A stretch of 61,739 nt of DNA, filler included, from Sanchytrium tribonematis (Eukaryota), in NCBI GenBank assembly GCA_018985235.1. It is 14 parts of 14 records of this genome, joined end to end, with 100 filler letters (N's around TTAATTAATTAA, not from the genome) between each part and the next. Parts side by side here need not be neighbours in the genome. Positions count along the whole stretch, not along the records: positions 1 to 21,543 come from JADGIG010000091.1; 13 more parts are not named here. One strand, given 5' to 3'. Of the stretch, positions 1 to 10,673 are shown one piece after another (within the stretch, counting starts at the first letter, position 1; each line of letters opens with the position of its first letter). The position numbers and the translations under genes were made by a program. The notes below the pieces were generated by a model. It was not told the origin of the DNA and did not search any database. It was given only the letters and a program-made list of their open reading frames with translations.

Positions 1-60
1 TGTTGCATCATTGACAGATGCATTCAGAGAACCAATTATTTTTGTTGATAACCTTTCTAC

Positions 61-642
61 TCAATATGCATTTTTTGGTTTAATCAATTTGTAAATTAAT
101 GGATGTGAATCAGTGCAAATAAATGGATGAATCGCCATTTTTCCGGATTCTTTTTTCAATCTAATATTCTGATATGGTATGTTGCATTTCCAATTATAAT
201 GAGCAAGAAGTTTGTTGTAAAGAATATTTGGATATTGAAATGTTTTTCTTAACAAAAGATTGGGCATTGATATGGTTGAACCCATTATTAGTTTCAGATG
301 TTTTCTAACAACAGCTTCTAACTGAGCATGTTGATTTGGTGAGAATTTTAATAACATGCATGGTAAAATCAATGGTAGGGGTAAGATGGGAAGTAAGCAG
401 GGTAACGCATATATCCAGGGGAAGCCCATTTCTAAAGACATCAAGACATATTAATTGCTGCATTTTAGCACTAATTGATTTTCATTTCGTTCTAAAAACC
501 ACGTGCATATCACGCACATTTCTAGCTCGAAAATTGAATAGTTCTGTTCCGAGGAATCCAACGCTTTAAAAAACATACCAACTATAAGATCATTTGTGTA
601 CAAAACACCCCCGATTGCCATACGAGTCGCATCAGTGAACAT
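61..642 (-). pseudogene. Degenerate Ty3/gypsy RNase H fragment
   Basis: FTDATRMAIGGVLY...MFFKALDSSEQNYSIFELE (451-642) and HPFICTDSHPL (near 100-135) match LTR-retrotransposon RNase H motifs; the frame is broken. Confidence 0.75.
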
Positions 643-1229
643 GGGGTATCACCTTCACCAAACATATCTATTTTTGTTTTCTCAGCTTTTTTAATGACCC
701 ATCGGTATGATTTTTCACACCGAATAAACGGCGTATTAGCCATAGCGTTGCTGATGCAGCTAGTGGCTTCAGAATACAATAGGAACAAAATTAAAAATTT
801 AACCGAGGATTTCCATTGATTTTCGACATTCCTTTTTATTTTGGGAACTGGCAACAGTATTTAATTCGATAAAGACATTATTTTCATAGTTTAAAGTACG
901 ATTACCTCTATAATGGCCTCTTTTCAAAACTTACTGGTTGGTTTTGTAACAATACTAAAAATTTTGGTGTGTCTAGAGTGAGCCATCTACATACTTAAAA
1001 CAATCTGAGACAAGCACGTCAAAAAATAAAACGAAAAATAATTCGCAAGTTTTATTCGTCGAAAATGCTTGCTCAAATCCCTTTCCAAACAATCGCTACA
1101 TGATATCTACTTCTGAATATTTAGCATTTGAACATGACATGTACAATTCAGATGAATTGCTTTGCGATGACGTATCCTCATAATTTTAACCATGGTTCAA
1201 TGACACTGATCAAGCACAAATCAAAGCCT

Positions 1230-1615
1230 GATGGTCATTTGTGGCGATGTAAATGTTGCAAGAAGATTGTGTCTTGAAGGTGCGGAACATTATTTTCCCA
1301 TTCTAGATTAACAATATTGAAATGCTCCATGCTATGAAACCTGCTTTTTGCAAAAGAAAAAATTAAAAAGTCAGCACACTATGCAAAAATTAATAGATTT
1401 TCGGTTTCTTTTTTTTGCCAAATTGCGAAAATACATGCAGCAGGCAATTAGTGTTTTTAAAGGGTAGAATTGAAGTAGATGAGGCTATTTGGAGAAAAAG
1501 GAAATTTAATAGAGGTCTAAAATGTGCGTTTTGGAAACTTGGTTTTATTGAAAGAACCCAAAACCTGACTGCAAAAAACGTGTAATACTGATGCCAGTGC
1601 TCGATAGAAAGCTTT
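1230..1615 (+). pseudogene. Merlin/IS1595 (ISXO2-like) DDE transposase remnant
   Basis: Manual translation gives DGHLWRCKCCKKIVS*RCGTLFSHSRL and LKGRIEVDEAIWRKRKFNRG...WKLGFIERT; internal stops and frameshifts; absent from the ORF track. Confidence 0.75.
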
Positions 1616-2180
1616 TTATTAGAGTGTTGCTCCAAATTCATAAAAGTTGAACGATTGGATTTACTTAGATTCATTATAAGATTAATCATTCTGAAAATTA
1701 CGTCTATCTCGAAAATTCCAATATTCATACACAAAAATATAAAAGACTGCAAATACTATTGCCACCCAATAGTATAACTCTGCAACAGTTAGGGGGATAA
1801 TTACGAATTTATGATTAGATAGAATTACCCGGATGTTAATTTAAATGCAAAGAATTATGGGAAATTTAAAAAATTATCGTTGACGGCATACCCACCAGGT
1901 TCTAAAAATTGGCAATACAGCACGGACCAAATATGGAAATTTTTGAGCATAAACCATTACTAGTTTGCTTCAATTGCCAACCAATCAACTATTCGAATTT
2001 AAGCCAATTAGATGTCTCAAAACACCCAAAAAAGTCATTATTAAAGAACTTATAAGTCAATCAAGCGATTGAATTTTAGTAAACTTAATCATAAAGAGAT
2101 AACATACTTTTTGCTCCTTTAACAATTCATTGGTTCGTTTTCATTACAAGCCGCGGCGGTCCGAAATTAGGGAATCCATA

Positions 2181-2760
2181 ATGATGCTGAGTAATTTGCC
2201 AAAGATTGTTATCTTTAGAATGACCTCATATTTGAATGAAACTGATATTTGCAATTTCGGAAGAGCGTGTAAAAAGTGGCAATAGTCGATCGAGAATATG
2301 CAAAGCCACTAGGTGATATTGAATTGCGATTAAAATTATTTCTATCGAATGTTTCTAATTTTAGAACTCTCCTTATAAAAACCCAGGCTGTTGTGGGTGG
2401 ATCTTTGATTATAGAGACGTTTTCACAAACAAAAACACTAGAGACACCATCTCTAGAAATTTTTGTCCCTGAAAATACTCATGGTTTTAAAAATCTTGAA
2501 AGATCTTTTTGTTGAAAATCCAGGCACTAAAGATGACAAACACGTAAATAATTCTATTGAACTAGTAAGTACTGGAAAATTAGAGAAACAAAGAGTGAAT
2601 GGCAAAGTCTTATTTTTGAGAACTGCCCCGATAGTATTGCCTCACCATTGGATATTTTGATCATATGATGAATTTTCAACGATTGATTCGGTACTATTCG
2701 AAAAAGCATTAGAGATAATGAGGCACAAGACATATAAAAATACGAAACTGCTGCATTTTG
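2181..2760 (+). pseudogene. F-box plus putative nucleotidyltransferase-like domain, frameshifted
   Basis: MMLSNLPKIVIFRMTSYLNETDICNFGRACKKW (F-box pattern); after a frameshift near 2280, FRTLLIKTQAVVGGS...SLEIFVP; 3' boundary approximate. Confidence 0.5.
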
Positions 2761-3111
2761 GAGACCCACAGCAGCTGCTACCAATTTCTGGATATTGATT
2801 TTATTCATCAACAGCATTTGATTTCTTTAAACGACACGAGCCCACTGTAAATCAAAAAGAGCAAAAAAGATAGATATTTGTAGATAGATAGATAGATCGT
2901 TTATTGATTTAGAGTAGGATTAAGATAAAAGTGGGAATTCCACATCTCGGTACACTCAATTATCCTCTACAAGGACTCATACACACAATACACAGAATCT
3001 CTGAGTAATTTGAGCTGCTTAAAAATAGTGAATTTGGAATTACTTTGCAAGTTTCTGTAGATTGTATTTCTAGAAGTATACTGGGGAATATTGTCATTGC
3101 AAGCATCTCTT

Positions 3112-3550
3112 ATGGTAAGCTTTATCACTATTAATGGAAGACTAGCACAAGAGCCCAAATCTAAAAAAGTCAAAACATTTAAAGGTGAGGTGAAAGTTAT
3201 AGAAATCAGTATAGCTAGTAACAATTACATTGGTAAAAAGATGCATGTTTCTTCTTTTAACATCACTTTGTGGCCTCGAAGAGCAGATGGCATGAAAAAG
3301 CTACTGAGAAAAGGATCTGCATTGATCATCATCGGACAATTCTATCAGCATTAATATAAACATGCATTCAATTGTATTTCCAGTTTGTGATCATCCTTTA
3401 GAAACATCGACAGAGACAGAATATTTGGATGATAATGACCTACAGAATAGTTCTGATCAACCGGTCAATCCACTAAAGCATGATTTAACTACCGATGAAG
3501 AAGAAATTACAGAAAAAAGAAGAGCTAAGAAGCAAATAACCAATAAATTT
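3112..3550 (+). pseudogene. SSB-like OB-fold single-stranded DNA-binding protein, frameshifted
   Basis: ITINGRLAQEP...SIASN...SFNITLW...LRKGSALIIIG follows the SSB pattern; the last strand (ISININMHSIVF) and an acidic tail continue in another frame after about 3345. Confidence 0.6.
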
Positions 3551-4688
3551 CCTAAACTATTTATTAAAATGATTCAGGTCCTTTATACTTATCATCATCA
3601 TAAACTCCATCATACCAATTTGCATTTCCAAATTTATCAGCATTGCGTTCCATAAACTCACCAACAGTTACTGTATTACACAAATTGATGTATAATTCCC
3701 ATATATCTTCCTAATCATTTCCATTTTCATCTTTTCCATCCCTAAGACCAAACAATAAAAGTCTAGATCTGATGGTGCACCATTTGATGTCAATTTCATT
3801 ACCAAAAAATAGCGGGTAAACTAAAAATAAAAATACCCAATCAAAAATAACTCAAATTTGACACAAATTTATTTTATCCAAATCATCTTCTATAATTGTC
3901 CATAAAATGCAAAAAAAATTCTCCTTCGAACGTGTGAAAAATTCATTGACGATTACGTCTAAAGTTTAACCATAATCTCTTGACAAAAACGTCGAAGATA
4001 ATGGTTCTGCTCAATTTATTCATATAAAACAACCCACATCCAATTCATTCAATTGAAAATTAATAATATATATTTAGAAGTCAATGAATATCGACACAAA
4101 TCAATATAGCTGTAGACTCGTCAATTTTTACATTAATGACTTTCGGTGATCCAGAACAAGTCGTCACTTGTCAAAAAGAATCACAAGAGATTGATGCAGT
4201 AGGCGAATCATTTTTAAATAATTTAATCAAAATTATGGCTACAAATGCAATAATTTTATAATATGATTATCTGATGAATTGGATTTAGTCACTTTATTAT
4301 CTAAATCTATTCATTTAAAAGGATTTCATTTGGGTCAATGGCTCTCTAAAACCAATCGAAAGCAAAAAATTAAACAAAAAGAGTTGGATCAATTGGATAT
4401 TTTTGGAGGTAATGAGAAACGTTTTATGATATTCATGATTATAAACAAGTATTTCATCATCAATTGCATCCAAATAATAGTAGAACTGGCAAATTAAAAT
4501 AAATAATTTATTGAAATACGGTACTCCAGTACAATTTAGAGTCATGAAATTTGTTTTATATTCAACTAAATGTTATTAATGACATATTGAATAACACTTC
4601 TAGCCACATTGTTGCATGCTGTCTCTTCACAAACAATTAAAAATGAAGAAAAAGTTTATTCGAGGTTTGAAGACAAAATGGAACTACT

Positions 4689-4725
4689 GCGGCGTAGCCG
4701 CTTAAAATTGAAAGGCGTAGCCTTT
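4689..4725. repeat. Twin GC-rich mini-hairpins with GTA loops
   Basis: GCGGC-GTA-GCCGC (4689-4701) and AAAGGC-GTA-GCCTTT (4711-4725). Confidence 0.85.
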
Positions 4726-5029
4726 ATATTTACGGTAAGTCACTTTCATGGGAGATGGACTTGTACGATACTGGTTGGTATTTAATTTATGTTAATATAT
4801 TGTCACACAAACCTTTTAGTTAATGAAGGTTTTGAATTTAGAGGGTCAGGTATAAAGTACAAAACAATGGAATTGCAGCGACAGGAGAAGTTGATTTAAG
4901 GTATAACATGAGGTCTGCAACAAGGAGGGTTACGTGCCCAATCACCTGAGGGGTTACGAGATGGGCGCTTTAACCAATGACTTATTGAGTTATTAGCTAT
5001 CATTTTACCCAATTAGAATTACCTCAAAG

Positions 5030-5174
5030 TGACACAACCGACTGTAGACTGTAATGTAAAGTTATTTATTGATTGTGTGCAGTTTATAAGGGATTACATG
5101 TGATACAACTGTGTAGATTCTGTGGACATCCTGTGTAGATGTGTCCACTTGTACTACTTGTCATGTTCATGACA
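5030..5174 (-). repeat. 3' LTR (145 bp)
   Basis: Direct repeat of 7541-7685; TG...CA termini; TATAAA and AATAAA on the minus strand. Confidence 0.92.
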
Positions 5175-7540
5175 TTCTACCTTTTTTTTTAAAGGCGAGC
5201 GAAATCCTTTTTCTGGGATTGCTTTTCTAAAGTTGATTCTTGTTTGAATCCCAACCTTATCTATTAGTAAATTGTTGCTTTTGGAAATACTTTTAGTACT
5301 TTAAAAGGCCCAAGATATAATTTATCGAGCTTGTTCTTTCTTTTTTCGTTTTTGATGAAAATTTTATCATTTTCATTGTAAATATGGGGAATTCGAAAAA
5401 TGTTTTTACGATTTAAATTTGCTAATCGTTTCTTTTGTTGTATTTGAATAATAGTAGAAATATCGGGTTTTTTGTAATCTAAATTGACTGGCATTAGCAT
5501 TGGTCTATTGAACACTAATTCTGCAGGACTTGTTTTAATGGAAGAATGGTAACTCGTATTAATTGTCCATTGAACAGATGGCATATTTGTAGCCCATTCC
5601 GTATCATCTGATAATGGCCAATAAAAGTATGTGTATACTGTGTAGTATAATTTTATGTAACCAGGATGCTTTAGATTTTCATGCATCCATTTCAAAATAT
5701 CCTTTTTGACATTATTTGGGATTATGATCGAATCATTCTCACGTTGGCGGCACAAAAGAGAAATATTTTCAATGTATACACGCATTTTTAGCAATTAATG
5801 TTTGATATTTGGTTAATCTCTTTTTAGATGTTGATTGTATATAAGATTCCACAATTTGGAAATCTTTGTTCTCTGATTGACATCTTTTAATGTATTAAAG
5901 CTGCATGGGATAATTCACCGCAACAATAGACAATGTTTCAAAATTATTATTTGGTGGTCTACTCAAATAGTCAGATATTTGTGTCGCCTTTAATTGGGCT
6001 GATTTGGACATTAAACTCTTCAATAATTTGTTTCCAGCGATTACACGCGGACTGTCGAGTTTGTAAAAGTGTTTTAAATTCTTATGGTCTGTAAATGTTT
6101 CAATTTCTGTATCATACAACATGTAGCGTAGAAATAAAATTCCTTTTCAAGAGTGGAATATCTTGATTCTGCTGAAATAAGAGTTTTAGAATAAAAGTAT
6201 ATGGGGTTTTTGTCTTGAACGACAATCACGCCAACAGCTCTGTCAGAAGCGTCACAAAATAAATAAAACTTCTTATTGGGATTCGGATGGATCAAAAGAG
6301 TTCTTTCTGCCATTAATGACTTGATTTTAAGAAACGATTCTTGTTGTAGTGGTCCCCAATCAAATTTTGCTGACTTAGTGAGTAATTTAGTCAAATTTGA
6401 AGTTAGAAGGGACTCATTTTTAATAAAATGCCTGAAGTAATTAGCCAAACCAAGAAATGATTGTAATTCCTTTTTAGTTGTAGGTGGATTAATATCCATT
6501 AAACTTTTAATTTTCTTCTCATCTGGTCTTACATCTTCAGAGGATACTTCAAGACCTCAATAGTCAATATTAGTAAGAAAAAATTTGCATTTTAAAATAT
6601 TTAGTTTCAAACTGGCTTTATTAAGAATTGAGAACACTTCATTTAGATGTTCAATATGTTGTTCAACTGTTTCACTAAAAATTAAAACATCATCCAAATA
6701 CACAATTACATATTTCAAATGAGCCAGAGGTGCATTGGTGAGACCAAAATACATTCTCTTGAATCTATACAATCCCCACGGAAGAGCAATGCAGGTGTAT
6801 TTTTGATTATAGCCTGACATTAAGTCCAAACTAGAAAATATCTTAGCATAAAGCAACATAGCAAGTAAATAATTAATGTGTGGAATTGGATAAGTGAGTA
6901 GTCACTAAGTTGATAAGCCTACAAACAATTACTAGACGTATTTGCCTGTTCTCTTTACTGATTGGAAAACACGCACAAGTAGACTCTGGCCGTTAACAAA
7001 TTGGTGATTTCTCTATCACATCTAGATCACATTGCCGTCGAACCTCTTTTTCAACAGCAGGTTCTAATTTGAGTGGGATTTGATAAGCTTAAGTAAAATG
7101 TAGTGCCGTATCTGAGATTTTTTCAGCATCAGTTGTCACCATAATATCCAGAGACTCTGTGAGGGCCAAGAATCGAAAGTTGAAATTAAAAACTGTCTCA
7201 TCATCTTGCTAATGGATGGATTTTAATTCCTGTAGTTGCATTTGAAATGACGCGCTAGGAACAAAGAGTTTTAATAACTTTTTTTTAGCCTCTGCTAAAG
7301 TTTTTGGCTTAACTCGGATCAAATGTCGACGTGCATGGCCTGAAGTTGCGATTTTCAAATTTCGGATTTCTGTTGGGCATCTGTACATCCGCACATATCG
7401 GAAATTTCTTCAATTTCCAACCAAAAGTCGTGAAATGATTTGTTCATTCCATTGTAAATGTCAATTGGCACTTTTGGGAGCAGTTTAGATTCAATTTGAT
7501 CTAAATATGCTAGTTTGTTTGAGTCAGTTGAATTCAAAAA

Positions 7541-7685
7541 TGTCATAACCGGCTGTAGACTGTAATGTAAAGTTATTTATTGATTGTGTGCCGTTTATAA
7601 GGGATTCCATGCGATACAACTGTGTAGATTCTGTGGACATTCTGTGTAGATGTGTCCACTTGTACTACTTGTCATGTTCATGACA
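7541..7685 (-). repeat. 5' LTR (145 bp)
   Basis: TGTCAT...ATGACA terminal inverted repeat; direct repeat of 5030-5174. Confidence 0.92.
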
Positions 7686-8181
7686 CAAAGTGTTAAACAC
7701 ATTTTAGAAATGGCATTTAGTAGACTTTTTTTAGCATCCAAATTTGGAACACTTTCCATCATTAATCTTAATCCGTTTTCGCACTTCTCAAACACATCCC
7801 TCTCGACATCATAGCTTGTGAATTTTACAACTAAGATCCACAATCATAGATTCAACATGCATCTTTTATTATCATGCGGATTTTTTTTTCGCTTTGAGCA
7901 GCAATTTGCTTCATCTACAAGAGATACAAGCACAAATTGGCATCTAGAATGCCGTTAGCAATATCTTTGATTTCAATTATAAAACAGACGCAAATTCTTC
8001 CGAAAAGTCCGCTATCAAGTCAAATCACAAGTTTACAAACCCGAAACCTGATTTCACAGAACCAACAAAACTGTATAATTTTCATGATAAGCTGTCGCTT
8101 AAAAGTTTTAAACGACAGTAAAAACGCACTGGTGTTTATTTTGGCCTTTGAATCTGTTTGGAAGAATAGTCGGAAGATAAT

Positions 8182-9079
8182 TTACTCATAAGATGTCAAT
8201 TTAGCATCAGAGTGGTCTGTTGAAAATGCAGGCTTGTTATTTTGGCTTCTAAATAATGCTTCTTGCGTCACTTGTAATTCATCAAGCTTAATAAATAAAA
8301 GTTACAGACGGTTGGATTTTTTCTACTCCCGCTGACAATCCAGCTAATAGATCTTTTTTCGCGTGGAAGTACTCAGAGAAGCATCTCAGTGTCTCAGGAT
8401 GCTCAATCGAACTCTTCATGAGCACAGTAGCGTCCTCCACAGATTTCACAAACGCATCTTCAGCCGCTTCTAGTTCTTGTCTGTAATGGTCAACTGTAGC
8501 CGGTTTTGCTGATCTAAATCTACTTTTACAAGCGTCAAGATGTAGCCTAGATGTAGCTACGTTTTGTCTCCCTTTGTTTACCATTTGCATTGTAGTATTC
8601 AAATACGTTTGAAGTGGCAAAATGACTTGTTGTTGGATCTGCTCGAAATAATTTGACCAGTAAGTGTTTCCCTGCAATTGAAAAGTTTGAATATGCGCTA
8701 ATGCTGCACCCAGAGGCTCGTGTTGGTGGAAAAGCCCAGTTGCAATACCAACAACTTGAGTAAAGTCAATTGAAGGAATTAGATCCTCTTTAATTGTGTT
8801 AAAGTTTTTCATAATGTTCGAAATAGGAGACGTAGAATTAACAACAGGAGGAGAATAGTTGCTTCTCATTTCTGTTTGTACTTGTTTGATAAATTGAGTA
8901 ATTAATTCTTTAAGAGCGTCTACTTGTTGTTCCAATAGAAGAAAATCCTCTGGTAGTTTCGTACTATCTTGAGACTGCCCAAGTGATTCTTTTGCCATTT
9001 GCACACTTAGCTCAATTTGCGATGATAATTTGTTTGCAAAAGAATTAAAATTCATCTCCGTTCGTTTCGTTTTAAACAT
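8182..9079 (-). CDS. BAR-domain protein, Gvp36-like (2 exons; start may be 9055)
   Basis: QMAKESLG...TKLPEDFLLLEQQVDALK and RLHLDACK; removing intron 8287-8305 gives PSLDELQVTQEALFR with a stop at 8182. Confidence 0.8.
8287..8305 (-). other. 19-nt intron
   Basis: GTAACTTTTATTTATTAAG; removal restores the BAR C-terminal helix. Confidence 0.85.
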
Positions 9080-9084
9080 TTATT

Positions 9085-9916
9085 TTAGGTATCTAATCGG
9101 CTAGCCAACTGCTGCAGCATCGATTTAGTTGCAAAATCCTCTTGGAAAAATCTGTCCAAACTGCCGTTGATAAGGGTAATAGGAAGAGTCTGTTTTAGCG
9201 CTTCCTTTGCTCTACGTAAAAAAACTATACCTAGGATGATCCATTAGTCTGACATAACATCTAATTATATGCTTTAAAACTCTTTGACTAGGTTGTTCCA
9301 TGAGTTGATTCACCATGTGTGACAGTACAACATTCACTGCATTAAATCGCTCGTAAGTTTGGCAAATATAGTTTAAACCAATTTCATCTGTTAGGATTTT
9401 CTGAACAATAAAAATGGCTACCACGCGGCTAAGCTCTGTTCCGCTTTCCATAATTCTAAGGCAAAGTGGAATTATTTCCGTCGACAATAAAAATGCGATT
9501 ACTTCCGTTGAGTCTTGTTTAACTAAAGCGCCTATAACACCTAAACTAGTTAATCTCAAATATTCAAACGGTTTTAATTTCGACGTAGTATTTAAAAATG
9601 GATAAAGATATAATGGGATATGACAGTGAATAACTGCTTGCTTTGTATCTACATGGCTTGCAAGACATTGCAGGAGTGCTAACGCATTACAAACCCGATT
9701 ACTTTGTACTGAGGTTAATTTTGGCGGGGACAGGTAAGGATAAATAGATGTCATTTCTTGAACTAACAATGTGCAGATTCCTGTTGCATTCCAAACGTAG
9801 AGAGCCATCTCTGGTATAGTCTCTCGTTTTTTAGACAGCTCGAATAATGCAGCTTGTCTAGTTTCCGGATTATAAAGCTGAAATAAAAGCTGTCCAATCT
9901 CAGTTCCAATATTCAT
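9085..9916 (-). CDS. CAF40: CCR4-NOT subunit Rcd1/Caf40/CNOT9 (2 exons)
   Basis: [13 protein letters not shown] and [18 protein letters not shown]; the spliced C-terminus reads [13 protein letters not shown]. Confidence 0.95.
9212..9230 (-). other. 19-nt intron
   Basis: GTATAGTTTTTTTACGTAG; restores HPR-AKEAL. Confidence 0.92.
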
Positions 9917-10055
9917 GTCAACAAAGTCTCAAGGAGACCCAATTCTCCCAAATCATAAGACATAGAAACACTAAGTTTTTAATTATTTAAACGGCTTGCC
10001 AATTATTTTGGTTTACTTAGTATTTAAAAATATTGTGGAAAAACTCCTTGACGTA

Positions 10056-10616
10056 ATGAAAAAAGTATGTGTTTTAGTTTCTGGCAATGGATCTAATCTG
10101 CAAGCTCTGATAAATTGCGCAGATAAAAATTACGAGATTATTCAAGTTATCTCCAACAATTCTTCTGCTAAGGCACTTGAAAGAGCTGAGACCGCAGGAA
10201 TCGCACATACAGTGGTTAATTATGTTAATGGAGAACCTCGAGCAGACTATGACAAAAAACTTTTGTCGGCTATGAATTCTTCGGTGGAACTGGTGGTTTG
10301 TGCTGGCTTTTTAAGAATTTTAAGTTCAATTATTTTGGATAATGTCACAGTAATCAATATACATCCCGCCCTGAGAAACGAATACATAGGTCTTAATGCA
10401 ATTGAAAAGGCCTTTTCGGATTTCAAGTTATTCAAAAAAAATCATTCGGGTGTTATGGTACATTATGTCAGCGAGGTGGTGGATAGAGGCAAACTAATTG
10501 CGGAGCAAGTAGTTCCAATATATCCATTCGATACACTAGAAATTTTGAAAGCTCGAATTCATAAAGCGGAGCATTTATTAATTTGTAAAGCAGTGAAGCA
10601 AGTAGTAGAATATTGA
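10056..10616 (+). CDS. ADE8: Phosphoribosylglycinamide formyltransferase (PurN/Ade8)
   Basis: VLVSGNGSNLQAL, AGFLRIL, NIHPA, GVMVHYV...DRG. Confidence 0.92.
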   Translation: MKKVCVLVSGNGSNLQALINCADKNYEIIQVISNNSSAKALERAETAGIAHTVVNYVNGEPRADYDKKLLSAMNSSVELVVCAGFLRILSSIILDNVTVINIHPALRNEYIGLNAIEKAFSDFKLFKKNHSGVMVHYVSEVVDRGKLIAEQVVPIYPFDTLEILKARIHKAEHLLICKAVKQVVEY

Positions 10617-10673
10617 TTTATTTTTAAGTAAATTTGAAATGTCTGGTCTGATGTTTTTTTCCAATAAGTTTGA

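Larger units (their letters stand above)
5030..7685 (-). mobile_element. Internally deleted Ty3/gypsy LTR retrotransposon
   Basis: 145-bp LTRs at 5030-5174 and 7541-7685 (7 mismatches); 5-bp TSD CAAAG (5025-5029 and 7686-7690); polypurine tract next to the 3' LTR; gag-like, RT (YLDD), RNase H (FCDAS) and integrase (HENLKHPG, YLGPFKV) fragments in gypsy order. Confidence 0.93.

Noticed and set aside
2868..2971. (GATA)n tract and a TGTAGA...TCTACA segment as a solo LTR or LINE tail
   Set aside because: No TSD and no second copy in the window.
3900..4560. Coding-like degenerate sequence between the SSB-like gene and the hairpins
   Set aside because: It has multiple stops, and I could not recognise any HUH, helicase or polymerase motif.
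4801..5034. TGTCAC...GTGACA as another solo LTR
   Set aside because: No TSD. The right end is better explained as the start of the 145-bp LTR with its CAAAG TSD.
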